Sequence record: OZ273763.1
DNA length: 32,000 bases
Direction: 5' to 3' (one strand)
Positions 1 through 9,108 of the stretch are shown here, in pieces. Under the pieces are notes generated by a model, which saw only the letters and a list, made by a program, of their open reading frames with translations, did no database searches and was not told where the DNA came from. Each line of letters starts with the position of its first letter. Position 1 is the first letter of the stretch. Made by a program: the position numbers and the translations under genes.

Positions 1-338
1 TTGATTTTGATTCTTATATGATACCAGAATCAGATTTAGAATTAGGTCAATTTAGATTATTAGATGTAGATAATAGAATGATGATTCCTGTAGATTGTCA
101 TATTAGATTAATAATAACAGGATCTGATGTACTTCACTCATTTGCTGTTCCTTCATTAGGTTTAAAATTAGATGGTGTACCTGGTAGATTAAATCAAGTT
201 TCTTTATTAGCTGAAAGAACAGGTACATTTTATGGACAATGTTCTGAAATTTGTGGTGTATGGCACGGATTTATGCCTATTGTTGTAGAAGCTGTATCTA
301 TACAAGATTATTTAGCTTGGGTTGATTCTATGTTATAA
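1..338 (+). CDS. cox2: cytochrome c oxidase subunit 2, C-terminal part (5' end outside window)
   Basis: Frame open from nt 3. The translation [24 protein letters not shown]...[21 protein letters not shown]...[20 protein letters not shown] carries the CuA-site CxEICGxxHxxM signature. TAA at 336-338. Confidence 0.97.
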   Translation, partial: DFDSYMIPESDLELGQFRLLDVDNRMMIPVDCHIRLIITGSDVLHSFAVPSLGLKLDGVPGRLNQVSLLAERTGTFYGQCSEICGVWHGFMPIVVEAVSIQDYLAWVDSML

Positions 339-424
339 TAAAATATATTATATAAATTTATAAGTTTAAATATTAATTAATTTTATTATTAATATTTTTT
401 ATATTTAATCTGTCTTCAAAATTT

Positions 425-434
425 TGATCCCCTA
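425..434 (+). promoter_or_regulatory. C-core motif TGATCCCCTA, 91 nt 3' of the cox2 stop
   Basis: C4 run embedded in A/T, same strand as the upstream gene. Confidence 0.5.
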
Positions 435-506
435 CCTTTTCTACTAATTTAAAATTAGTTATACTAATAATATAAGGATATATATGGGTTAATGAATAAG
501 TACTGG

Positions 507-526
507 ATATATATATATATATATAT
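507..526. repeat. (AT)10 microsatellite
   Basis: Direct reading. Confidence 0.9.
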
Positions 527-752
527 GATAATATATGTATAATTATATATGTATATTATCATATTATATAAGGTTGTTAGCTTTATTTTTATAAAATGAT
601 AAAATGTAAATATATTACATAGATTATAGTTGAGGGTTTTATATATGTTTAATTTAAAATTTCACAGGTGAATGTTATAAAATATTGATGAATTGATTAA
701 TTATTAGGTTATTTAAGAGTTTATTTTTTTTAAGTATTATATATTAATAAGA

Positions 753-760
753 TGGGTTAA
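753..760 (-). promoter_or_regulatory. C3 variant of the motif on the minus strand (TGGGTTAA = rc TTAACCCA), 8 nt 3' of the orf245 stop
   Basis: A second identical TGGGTTAA lies at 485-492. Only three C, so the call is weaker. Confidence 0.3.
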
Positions 761-767
761 CATTTCA

Positions 768-1505
768 TTAATTAAAATATACATATGTTAATATAGAAAT
801 ATTAGTATATAATGCAAATAATGTTAATAAAATGATAATAATAAAATTTAATTTAATATAATAACTTTGCAATTTTCTTCTTAATTTAACATATTTAGAT
901 AATATTGGATGTTTTTTTTCTAAATTAAAATATATGATTAGTTTATCACTATAATAAGCTACTATAATATCAAATATACACCATAGTATAGTAATACATA
1001 ACAATGTATGAGCAAAAGCACCTTTTTGAATAGTAGTTAAAGAATTAAAGAATTGATAATAATTATCTAATAAATCTTGAAACGATATATTATTACTATT
1101 AGAAGAAGGAGTGTTAATGAAATCTAATACTTTATCAATAATACTATTCACTTTAACAGCTTCATCTTTCAAATGTTGACAATTTTCATTGATTAATTCA
1201 GTGTTATTATTACTAGTTTCTAATGAATTTAAAACATTAACTTTATCTTGAATAGAATATAAACCAGTTTTAATAGTATTGAAATTAGTTTCAATTTCAT
1301 TATTATTAGCAATATTATGTTCAATTTGTTCATTTAATCTATCTGATAATTCAGTAGATCTTCTAATAGTTTCTTGTATTATTTTATCGGTTTCTTTATT
1401 TTTAATATCATTTTTGACAGTTCTAATATAACCATCTAAAGCAATAGTAGTCATTAAAGTATTACCGATAAATTTGAAATATGTTTTTAAGTTTTTCAAT
1501 TTCAT
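768..1505 (-). CDS. orphan ORF (orf245): hydrophilic heptad-like N-terminal two thirds plus two hydrophobic C-terminal segments
   Basis: 245-codon open frame in DNA where stop codons are otherwise frequent. ATG at 1505, with an in-frame TAA 30 nt upstream. No similarity to any family I recognise. It is the only long ORF in the window on the - strand. Confidence 0.55.
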   Translation of the reverse strand: MKLKNLKTYFKFIGNTLMTTIALDGYIRTVKNDIKNKETDKIIQETIRRSTELSDRLNEQIEHNIANNNEIETNFNTIKTGLYSIQDKVNVLNSLETSNNNTELINENCQHLKDEAVKVNSIIDKVLDFINTPSSNSNNISFQDLLDNYYQFFNSLTTIQKGAFAHTLLCITILWCIFDIIVAYYSDKLIIYFNLEKKHPILSKYVKLRRKLQSYYIKLNFIIIILLTLFALYTNISILTYVYFN

Positions 1506-1565
1506 TGTTAATAAACTGTTTATTAGGAATATATGTTAGAACTAAATCTCTAGTTAATTATTGGT

Positions 1566-1590
1566 ATGATTAATATATTATATTAATCAT
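1566..1590. repeat. perfect 12-bp-arm palindrome atgattaatata-t-tatattaatcat in the orf245/atp6 divergent spacer
   Basis: Arms verified base by base. 61 nt upstream of the orf245 start. Confidence 0.7.
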
Positions 1591-1917
1591 ATAAATAATT
1601 TAATATATTAATTATCTAATATATATTAGATTTATCTTTTAATTATACATTTATATTTATTTGATTATATTTATATCAAAATATTGAATAAATTAATCCT
1701 TAAAAAATTATTATTTACTAAATATAAATAATAATTATAAAAGAGAATAATAACTTTAACAAGATTTAAAGTATTTAGTGTGACTAATATATTAATTATT
1801 AAAATTTATAATGATTTATATTAATAAGTAATATTTAATTATATTATAATATAATTATATTAAAATTTTACATTTATAATATTAGTACTAATTAAGAAAA
1901 TAATAAATATAATAAAA

Positions 1918-2697
1918 ATGCACATAAATTCAAATATATATAATATTATAATCAATTCACCATTAGAACAATTTGAAGTGACTAATTTATTAGGTATAAA
2001 TGCTCCTATTTTTGGTTATTTAACTTTAACTTTAACTAATTTAGCTTTATATTCAATATTAATATTATTTATAATATTAAGTTTACATTTAGTAGGAAAT
2101 AATGATACTAAATTATTATCTTCAAGATGGTCTATTTTAGTAGAAAGTATTTTTGCAAGTATAAATTCAATGGTGAAAGAACAAATAGGTAAAGAAATTT
2201 ACTTACCTTTTATTTATTCATTATTCTTTTTTATTTTAATTGCAAATTTAACAGGAAATATTCCATATTCTTATACTATTACTTCCTCATTAATTGTTTC
2301 AATAGGATTAAGTGTAACTATTTTTATTGCAGTAACATTAATGGGATTAACTATTCATAAATTACATTTTTTTGCTTATTTTATTCCATCAGGTACTCCT
2401 TTAATGTTAGTTCCTACTTTAGTATTAATAGAATTAATTTCTTATATTTCTAGAGCTGGTAGTTTAGGTATAAGATTATTTGCTAATATTGTTGCTGGAC
2501 ATACTTTATTAAAAATTTTATCTACATTTTTATATCAAATGTTTAGTGGAAGTATAATAATAGCTATTTTAACTCTTATTCCATTCTCTATTTTTGTTAC
2601 TTTAATTGGTTTAGAATTAGCTGTATCATTTATTCAAGCTTATATTTTTAGTATACTTGTTTGCTCTTATATTAAAGATGCCTTAGATTTACATTAA
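1918..2697 (+). CDS. atp6: ATP synthase F0 subunit a
   Basis: N-terminal SPLEQFE motif and the conserved C-terminal ...SLGIRLFANIVAGHTLLKIL... and ...LELAVSFIQAYIFSIL... blocks. Confidence 0.97.
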   Translation: MHINSNIYNIIINSPLEQFEVTNLLGINAPIFGYLTLTLTNLALYSILILFIILSLHLVGNNDTKLLSSRWSILVESIFASINSMVKEQIGKEIYLPFIYSLFFFILIANLTGNIPYSYTITSSLIVSIGLSVTIFIAVTLMGLTIHKLHFFAYFIPSGTPLMLVPTLVLIELISYISRAGSLGIRLFANIVAGHTLLKILSTFLYQMFSGSIIIAILTLIPFSIFVTLIGLELAVSFIQAYIFSILVCSYIKDALDLH

Positions 2698-2789
2698 TAA
2701 TAATCAAAATATTAATATATTAGAACAAACATTCTTAATATCTATTTTATCATTTATTTATAATGATCAAAGATATTTATATTAATAAT

Positions 2790-2813
2790 GTTTTCAATGT
2801 TAACATTGAAAAC
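2790..2813. repeat. perfect 24-nt palindrome gttttcaatgtt|aacattgaaaac, 93 nt 3' of atp6
   Basis: Arms verified base by base. Contains G/C, unlike most local AT palindromes. Confidence 0.8.
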
Positions 2814-2888
2814 ATAAAATTCTTTTAATTTAGAGATATTAAAATTATCAATATTAGTTAATAAATTTTCAATTTTAATATTAATAAA

Positions 2889-2900
2889 TTTAACCCCTCT
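2889..2900 (+). promoter_or_regulatory. C-core motif TTTAACCCCTCT, 197 nt 3' of the atp6 stop
   Basis: TTAACCCCT core shared with five other copies. Confidence 0.55.
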
Positions 2901-3237
2901 TTAATAAAACTAACAATGTTTAAAATTTAATATAAATATTAATTAAAGTAAATTTAACTATTTAATTTCCACAAATAATTATATATTATACCTTAATATA
3001 ATATACATTATATTCTTTATAAAAATAAATTAACTAAATTTATAATAATATATAATTAATACTATTTAATTTATAAAAGTATATATTAAGATAAAATATT
3101 AAATAAATAATTAACTATTTAAATTCAATATGAATGAATTAAATAGTTAAAAGTTTTAACATTTATTAATATTAATTATATTATTATTCTTAATATATAA
3201 TATTATATTTAACATTATTTTAAAATATATTATTTTA

Positions 3238-3371
3238 AATTAAACATTATTAGCTAGAATTATAAAACATATGTATATTATAAAATATAATGGATGTTAA
3301 ATTACTAAATAAAGCTAAATTTCTAGTTAATTATAATATAATTACTTTATTTAATCTCTGTGACAAATATA
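3238..3371 (+). repeat. copy A of a 134-nt dispersed direct repeat (shared leader upstream of rps3)
   Basis: Manual alignment to 9916-10049 gives 6 mismatches and no gaps. Weaker similarity continues to the rps3 ATG at 3398. Confidence 0.85.
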
Positions 3372-3397
3372 AAATAAATATATACATTTAAAATAAA

Positions 3398-4519
3398 ATG
3401 AATCAATCATTTAATAATTATATTTCTAATATAATTAATATTAATAAACAAATTAATATTAAAAAATCAAATATATTAATACCTTCTATATCTTTAAAAA
3501 CAAATAATACAATAAATTATAAACTTATTAAATTAGAATCTATTGTAAAAGGATTAAATAAATATAATAATAATTTAATTTTATATTTATCTTCTTTATA
3601 TTTGTCTAATACTACTAATAAAATGTTGTCTACATCTTCATCTCAAACTCCAATTATACAAATTTTATTCCAACATAAAAACTTAATATTAAACTTAAAA
3701 AATAATTTAAATTCAGATTTAAAATTAGAATTAAATAAATCAAATGAATATAAGTATAAAAACATAGAACTAAAAAGTAATATAAAACAAATAAATCAAT
3801 TACAAGAACAAAATACTATAACTATAAAAAATAAACATAATAAATATTTAGATTTAATTCAAATAAATAATATTACAATTAAAAATATATTAAATTTGTC
3901 TAACCATATAAATTATACATTTAATACTATTAATCAAAAAACCTATACTAAAATTTATGATTTTTTATATTATTCTTTTTTATCTATGAATTGTTTTATT
4001 AGTAAACCTAGTTTTGAGATAACAAATGATAAAATAATTATACATTTATTTTATTATTTATTTAGTTTTAGAACATTAAATATTAATAATTTAAATATTA
4101 TATGTAATATTTTAAGTCAGTTTTTTCAAAAACCTGTAGAATTAGAATTAGTGAGATTACATTATCCTTATAATGATAGTAATATTTTAGTAAATATTTT
4201 TTCATCACTAATTAATAAAATTAAAATTAGAATTATTATGAAAAATTTTTTTAAAAAAGCATTTATTAAAAATCCAAATAAAATGAAAAATTTGTTTATT
4301 AAAATACCTTCTTTCATTTCTGGTTTAAAATTAAAACTTGGAGGTAGATTAATGACTCAAAGAATAGTTCCTAAAAAAACTGTTAAAATAATTAGAAAAG
4401 GAACTTTAATTAAAAATAATATTATATTTTTAGATGAAGCTAGATATACAAATAAAAATAAAAGAGGAGCATTTACAATAAGTATTTCTTTAAAACATGT
4501 TTTAAAAAATAATAGATAA
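3398..4519 (+). CDS. rps3: mitochondrial ribosomal protein S3 (Var1/S5-like), Asn/Ile-rich
   Basis: The C-terminal block ...LKLKLGGRLMTQRIVPKKTVKIIRKGTL...NKNKRGAFTISISL is typical of fungal mt rps3. The rest is low-complexity N/K/I-rich, as usual for this gene. Confidence 0.85.
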   Translation: MNQSFNNYISNIININKQINIKKSNILIPSISLKTNNTINYKLIKLESIVKGLNKYNNNLILYLSSLYLSNTTNKMLSTSSSQTPIIQILFQHKNLILNLKNNLNSDLKLELNKSNEYKYKNIELKSNIKQINQLQEQNTITIKNKHNKYLDLIQINNITIKNILNLSNHINYTFNTINQKTYTKIYDFLYYSFLSMNCFISKPSFEITNDKIIIHLFYYLFSFRTLNINNLNIICNILSQFFQKPVELELVRLHYPYNDSNILVNIFSSLINKIKIRIIMKNFFKKAFIKNPNKMKNLFIKIPSFISGLKLKLGGRLMTQRIVPKKTVKIIRKGTLIKNNIIFLDEARYTNKNKRGAFTISISLKHVLKNNR

Positions 4520-4626
4520 TTTATTCTATAATGATAATAATAATTATCATTGTTTTAGTTTATATTTTAATTATATATAAACTAAATTTATTATATTATT
4601 TTTAAACATTTACTTAAAATGGAATG

Positions 4627-4636
4627 TGATCCCCAA
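4627..4636 (+). promoter_or_regulatory. C-core motif TGATCCCCAA, 112 nt 3' of the rps3 stop
   Basis: Same TGATCCCC form as the cox2 copy. Confidence 0.5.
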
Positions 4637-4907
4637 ATTAATTATTAAAATAATATTATATTTAAAGAGGAATATATTATAGATAAGTTTTAATTATTAT
4701 TATTTTCCTCTGTTTTTCTATTATAGAATGTTAAATTATAGATAAAATTTAAAAATGAATATATTATTTATCAGTTTATTTATTATTTTTAAGTTAAAAC
4801 TTCTAATGGTGATATATTTGAAAATATATAAATAATTGAATTTATTACTGTATAATAAAACTTTTACTCTTAAATCGATGCTATTATATAACAATTGTAA
4901 ATTTATA

Positions 4908-4919
4908 TTAACCCCCCAC
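4908..4919 (+). promoter_or_regulatory. C-core variant TTAACCCCCCAC (C6)
   Basis: C6 version, near-identical to the copy at 11719-11730. Confidence 0.4.
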
Positions 4920-5523
4920 TACTACTATTATCATTTAAAACATCTATTAATTTAGTAATAAAATCATTAAATAGATTATTTATATAATCTATAAAATCTA
5001 AAGGTTATATACTAAAATCAAATAATTATTTATATAAATATATATATTGACAGGTTAAACACCTAATTATATAGTTTATAATAATGAAAATGAATTATAC
5101 ATTATATTGAAAAGTGAAACACTCATATTAACTAGTTATTTATTTAATAATTATTATATTTAGTTAATATATTATTAGCTATATCAAATTTTTCATTTTT
5201 AATTTAAATATAATAATATAATTCTATATTTAGAATCTTTTAATAGATCAATATTATTACTATTTTATTTTTAAGATGTATTTAATTCATTTAATCTATT
5301 ATTTAAAGCTAATATATTTCAATATTAATAATCATAGATTATCAATATTTATAAATAATACAAAATTAAAATATAAAATAATAATTAATAGTATATTTAT
5401 TGTATGTACTTAAAAGGAAAGAGGATAAATCATAATAGTATTAATAAATAATATTAATAATTTAATCTTGTTTATTAATATTATACACTTATTTTATAGA
5501 TTTATATTTAAATTTGTAAATAA

Positions 5524-5595
5524 GAAAGCAGAACTCGATAGGTGGAGTGTCTCCCTTTTAAGGAGAAAGTCTTGGTTCAAATCCAAGTGTTTTCA
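5524..5595 (+). tRNA. trnK: tRNA-Lys(UUU)
   Basis: Cloverleaf gaaagca|ga|actc|gataggtg|gagt|g|tctcc|cttttaa|ggaga|aagt|cttgg|ttcaaat|ccaag|tgttttc|a. Confidence 0.9.
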
Positions 5596-5741
5596 TTCCA
5601 TTCTATAAATTTAAAAGCTTATGAGTTATCAATAACAAAATATAAATTTTAATTAATAAATAAATTTTATAAACTTAAACAATAACTTAATATTAAAATA
5701 AGATAGATTAAAATTTATATAAAATAAAAATAACAATAAGA

Positions 5742-5825
5742 GCAGGTGATCCGATTGGTAATGGTGGTTCTCTGTAAAAGAATTAGTTAAATACTAGAAA
5801 AGGTTCGATTCCTTTACTGCTCAAA
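5742..5825 (+). tRNA. trnY: tRNA-Tyr(GUA), type II with long variable arm
   Basis: gagcagg|tg|atcc|gattggtaa|tggt|g|gttct|ctgtaaa|agaat|15-nt variable arm|aaagg|ttcgatt|ccttt|actgctc|a. One mismatch at the base of the acceptor stem. Confidence 0.85.
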
Positions 5826-5936
5826 CTAATTTTAAACTTACCTTAAAATTTAATAATTATTATAAATTTATTAAACATTAAATAATATTATTTATAGTTT
5901 ATGTTTAATTAAAATATATATATTAAATATATTTTA

Positions 5937-6010
5937 AAGACTGTAGCATAAAAGGTTAATGCAATTCGCTCATAATGGATCTTATAAGGGTTCAATTCCC
6001 TTCGGTCTTA
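5937..6010 (+). tRNA. trnM: tRNA with CAU anticodon (Met; a lysidine-modified Ile is not excluded)
   Basis: aagactg|ta|gcat|aaaaggtta|atgc|a|attcg|ctcataa|tggat|cttat|aaggg|ttcaatt|ccctt|cggtctt|a. Confidence 0.88.
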
Positions 6011-6116
6011 TATTATAATATATTGGAAATTTAAATTAAAATAATCTACAAATTTATAATTATAAATAAAAAAAAGTATTTAACAATATAATGTATACAT
6101 TAAAAACATATTAGAA

Positions 6117-6202
6117 GGGTACTTGGTCGAGTCTGGTTTATGGCGCTCGTCTTGAAAACGAGTACTTTGAAAAAGTCGTGAGTTCAAATCTCACAGTGCC
6201 CG
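6117..6202 (+). tRNA. trnS: tRNA-Ser(UGA), type II
   Basis: gggtact|tg|gtc|gagtctggtttat|ggc|g|ctcgt|cttgaaa|acgag|15-nt variable arm|gtgag|ttcaaat|ctcac|agtgccc|g. Confidence 0.9.
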
Positions 6203-6318
6203 TTAAAATTAAATATAAATTTAAATTTATAAAATTAAAATTAGAAATATAAAATATAAAAATATAAAATAAAAGATAAGATAAATAAATATTATAAATA
6301 ACAATAATAGGATGAGTA

Positions 6319-8331
6319 ATGATTTTTATTTGTATCTTAATTTTAATAGTAGCTATTGCTCTACCTTCATTCAAAAAACAATTATCTCCAATTTTATTTA
6401 TTAGAATATCTTCTATAATATTTCTATATGCTGGAGCATTAAGTTTTAATGCTTTATATATTCAGTCAATTGGATCAGGAATAGGAATATATAGTGGATT
6501 ATTCCATGTAACCGTAATATCACAATTATTAGAAGTATTTTTATTATTAATTGGATCTTTAATATTAATATCTTGGCCAATTAATAATAATATAAATTCA
6601 AGTTCTATAATTAATAATATATCTAACATATCTGAATCACAAACACAAACAAAATTTAATACTCCTTTTTTATCTTCAAATTTAGATTATAATATAAATA
6701 GAAATCTAAATTTAAAAATAAGCACTAGTAAGGGAACTGAATATTCTTTAATCGTATTATTTAGTACTTTAGGAGCTTCTTTATTAGTATCTTCTAGTGA
6801 TTTAATATCAATGTATTTAAGTATAGAATTACAATCATTTGGTTTATATATATTAGCTACATTATATAGGGATTCAGAATCTGCTACTTCAGCAGGTTTA
6901 AAATATTTCTTATTAGGAGGTTTATCTTCTTGTTTAATTTTATTAGGTGCTAGTTTAATGTATACTTATACAGGTTTAACTCATTTTGAAAGTATTTATA
7001 GTTTAATATCTGTATTTGATAATAATAGTATAATACAAGGTTTAAGTTTAGGTTTAATTTTAATAATAATAGGTTTTTTATTTAAAATTGCTGCTGCACC
7101 TTTACATAATTGGGCTCCTGATGTTTATGATGATAGTCCTACAATAGTAACTATATGGTTAACTATCATGCCTAAAATATCTATTTTAGTTTTATTATTA
7201 GAATTACAAACACAAATAGGATTATTAGGGAGTATTTCTTCTATTTATTTATCAACATTACAAACTGGAGTAGAATTATTAGATTCTATTACTTATTCTA
7301 ATTTATTAGAATCAATAAAAAATCTAAATGAAGGAGTATCAACTCTAGAAACTATAAAATCAGAAAGAAATTTTGAAATTTTAGGAGAAAATACTATATA
7401 TGTATTAAAATTGTTATTATTAATAAGTTCATTATTATCTTTAATAATAGGAACAGTGGTTGGATTAGCTCAAACTAAAATAAAAAGATTATTAGCTTAT
7501 AGTACTATATCTCATATTGGATTTATATTATTAGCTTTAGTTATAAATACTGAACAATCTATAGATTCATTTATTTTTTATATAATTCAATATACAATAA
7601 CTAATTTAAATACTTTTTTAATTATTATAGCTTTAGGTTATGTTATACAAGCATCAATTAGATCTATTTATATTACATCTTCTACCTCATTACATTCACA
7701 TAAAAATATAAACAATTTAAGTTCAGAAATAGAAAGAATAAAATATAATTATAAATTAAATAAAGTAACACAAAATAATATTCAAATAGAAACCATAAGT
7801 GATATAAAATTTATATCTGAATTTAAAAATCAATTTTTTTCTAATCCTTTATTAAGTTTAAGTTTAAGTATTTGTTTGTTCTCTATGGCTGGTGTACCTC
7901 CTTTAATTGGTTTTTTTGCTAAACAATTTGTATTATATTCAGCAATACAAAATGGTTATTATTTTATTTCTATTGTTGCAATAATAGTTAGTGTAATAAG
8001 TGCTTCATATTATTTAAAAATAATTAAAGTATTACATACTGATATTACTTTAACTAATGAAATAATATCAAATAATAATAATACATCTTTTTCAAATGTT
8101 TCATTAAATGAAGAATCTAAATTAAACTCTGTTTATATTAATATTAAAGATAAAACACAAGATTATAATAATTTAAATCATAAAGATATAACCCAAAATA
8201 ATATAATATTAAGTAATTTCCATAGTTTTACTATTTCTACTCTAACATTAACAATATTATTGTTTGTTCTGAAACCTTCTATATTATTAAATAGTACACA
8301 ATTGCTATCATTATCTTTATATTATTTTTAA
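6319..8331 (+). CDS. nad2: NADH dehydrogenase subunit 2, with several Asn/Ser/Ile-rich insertions
   Basis: Conserved blocks ...[17 protein letters not shown]..., ...[21 protein letters not shown]..., ...[17 protein letters not shown]... TAA at 8329-8331, one nt before the nad3 ATG. Confidence 0.95.
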   Translation: MIFICILILIVAIALPSFKKQLSPILFIRISSIIFLYAGALSFNALYIQSIGSGIGIYSGLFHVTVISQLLEVFLLLIGSLILISWPINNNINSSSIINNISNISESQTQTKFNTPFLSSNLDYNINRNLNLKISTSKGTEYSLIVLFSTLGASLLVSSSDLISMYLSIELQSFGLYILATLYRDSESATSAGLKYFLLGGLSSCLILLGASLMYTYTGLTHFESIYSLISVFDNNSIIQGLSLGLILIIIGFLFKIAAAPLHNWAPDVYDDSPTIVTIWLTIMPKISILVLLLELQTQIGLLGSISSIYLSTLQTGVELLDSITYSNLLESIKNLNEGVSTLETIKSERNFEILGENTIYVLKLLLLISSLLSLIIGTVVGLAQTKIKRLLAYSTISHIGFILLALVINTEQSIDSFIFYIIQYTITNLNTFLIIIALGYVIQASIRSIYITSSTSLHSHKNINNLSSEIERIKYNYKLNKVTQNNIQIETISDIKFISEFKNQFFSNPLLSLSLSICLFSMAGVPPLIGFFAKQFVLYSAIQNGYYFISIVAIIVSVISASYYLKIIKVLHTDITLTNEIISNNNNTSFSNVSLNEESKLNSVYINIKDKTQDYNNLNHKDITQNNIILSNFHSFTISTLTLTILLFVLKPSILLNSTQLLSLSLYYF

Positions 8332-8332
8332 A

Positions 8333-8692
8333 ATGAATACTTTAATAGTATTATTTATTATTGTTCCTATTTTAGCTTTTATTTTATTAGCTTTGAATGT
8401 TTTATTAGCTTCTCATAAACCTTCAGAAGCTAAAATTTCTCCTTATGAATGTGGATTTTCACCTATTCAAGGTCAAACGAGAACACATTTTCATGTACAT
8501 TTTTATTTAGTAGCTATGTTATTTTTAATATTTGATTTAGAAATATTATTATTATTTCCAATTGCAGTTACTTTATACCAAGTTTCATATTTTGGATTTT
8601 CTGTAGCTATGATTTTTTTTATTGTACTTACAATAGGTTTTATATTAGAAATTGGATCTGGAGCAATTAAATTAACAAATTCAGATAAATAA
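8333..8692 (+). CDS. nad3: NADH dehydrogenase subunit 3
   Basis: ...KISPYECGFSPIQGQTR..FHVHFYLVAMLFLIFDLEI.LLFP... is the canonical ND3 core. The nad2-nad3 adjacency is typical of fungi. Confidence 0.96.
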   Translation: MNTLIVLFIIVPILAFILLALNVLLASHKPSEAKISPYECGFSPIQGQTRTHFHVHFYLVAMLFLIFDLEILLLFPIAVTLYQVSYFGFSVAMIFFIVLTIGFILEIGSGAIKLTNSDK

Positions 8693-8724
8693 ACAAAATA
8701 TAATCAATTTAATCTTAATTAATT

Positions 8725-8735
8725 TTAACCCCTTT
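8725..8735 (+). promoter_or_regulatory. C-core motif TTAACCCCTTT, 37 nt 3' of the nad3 stop
   Basis: Identical 11-mer at 11176-11186, and as reverse complement at 28390-28400. Confidence 0.6.
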
Positions 8736-9034
8736 ATTCATTAAATAATATCATAATAGAATATATAATATATTTTAATGTATAATATTTAATTGATAAC
8801 TATTTATTATAAATAGTTTATTTTATAGATATTCATATTATTTATTCTATTTAAAAGAAGAGGAATATATATTCTAAATAAGCAATATAATAAATTTTTA
8901 TATTAAATCATTATATTAACATATATTGATTTAAATAATTTAATGAATAAAAATAAATTTATATTAGTATAAATTTTAAATTATATTATGAATATATTAC
9001 TTATTTAAGTTTATTATGTAATTATTTATAGTAG

Positions 9035-9108
9035 AGTTAAGTTTATAGATGGTTCTATAGTAAACCTGCAAAGTTTATCAAATTTAAGGTTCAATTCCTT
9101 CTTAACTC
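9035..9108 (+). tRNA. trnC: tRNA-Cys(GCA)
   Basis: agttaag|tt|tata|gatggttc|tata|g|taaac|ctgcaaa|gttta|...|aagg|ttcaatt|cctt|cttaact|c. The T stem has only 4 bp in this fold. An alternative acceptor register (9033-9110) is possible. Confidence 0.75.

Noticed and set aside
6138-6374. 78-aa minus-strand ORF
   Set aside because: It overlaps trnS(UGA) and the start of nad2 in antisense. Chance ORF.
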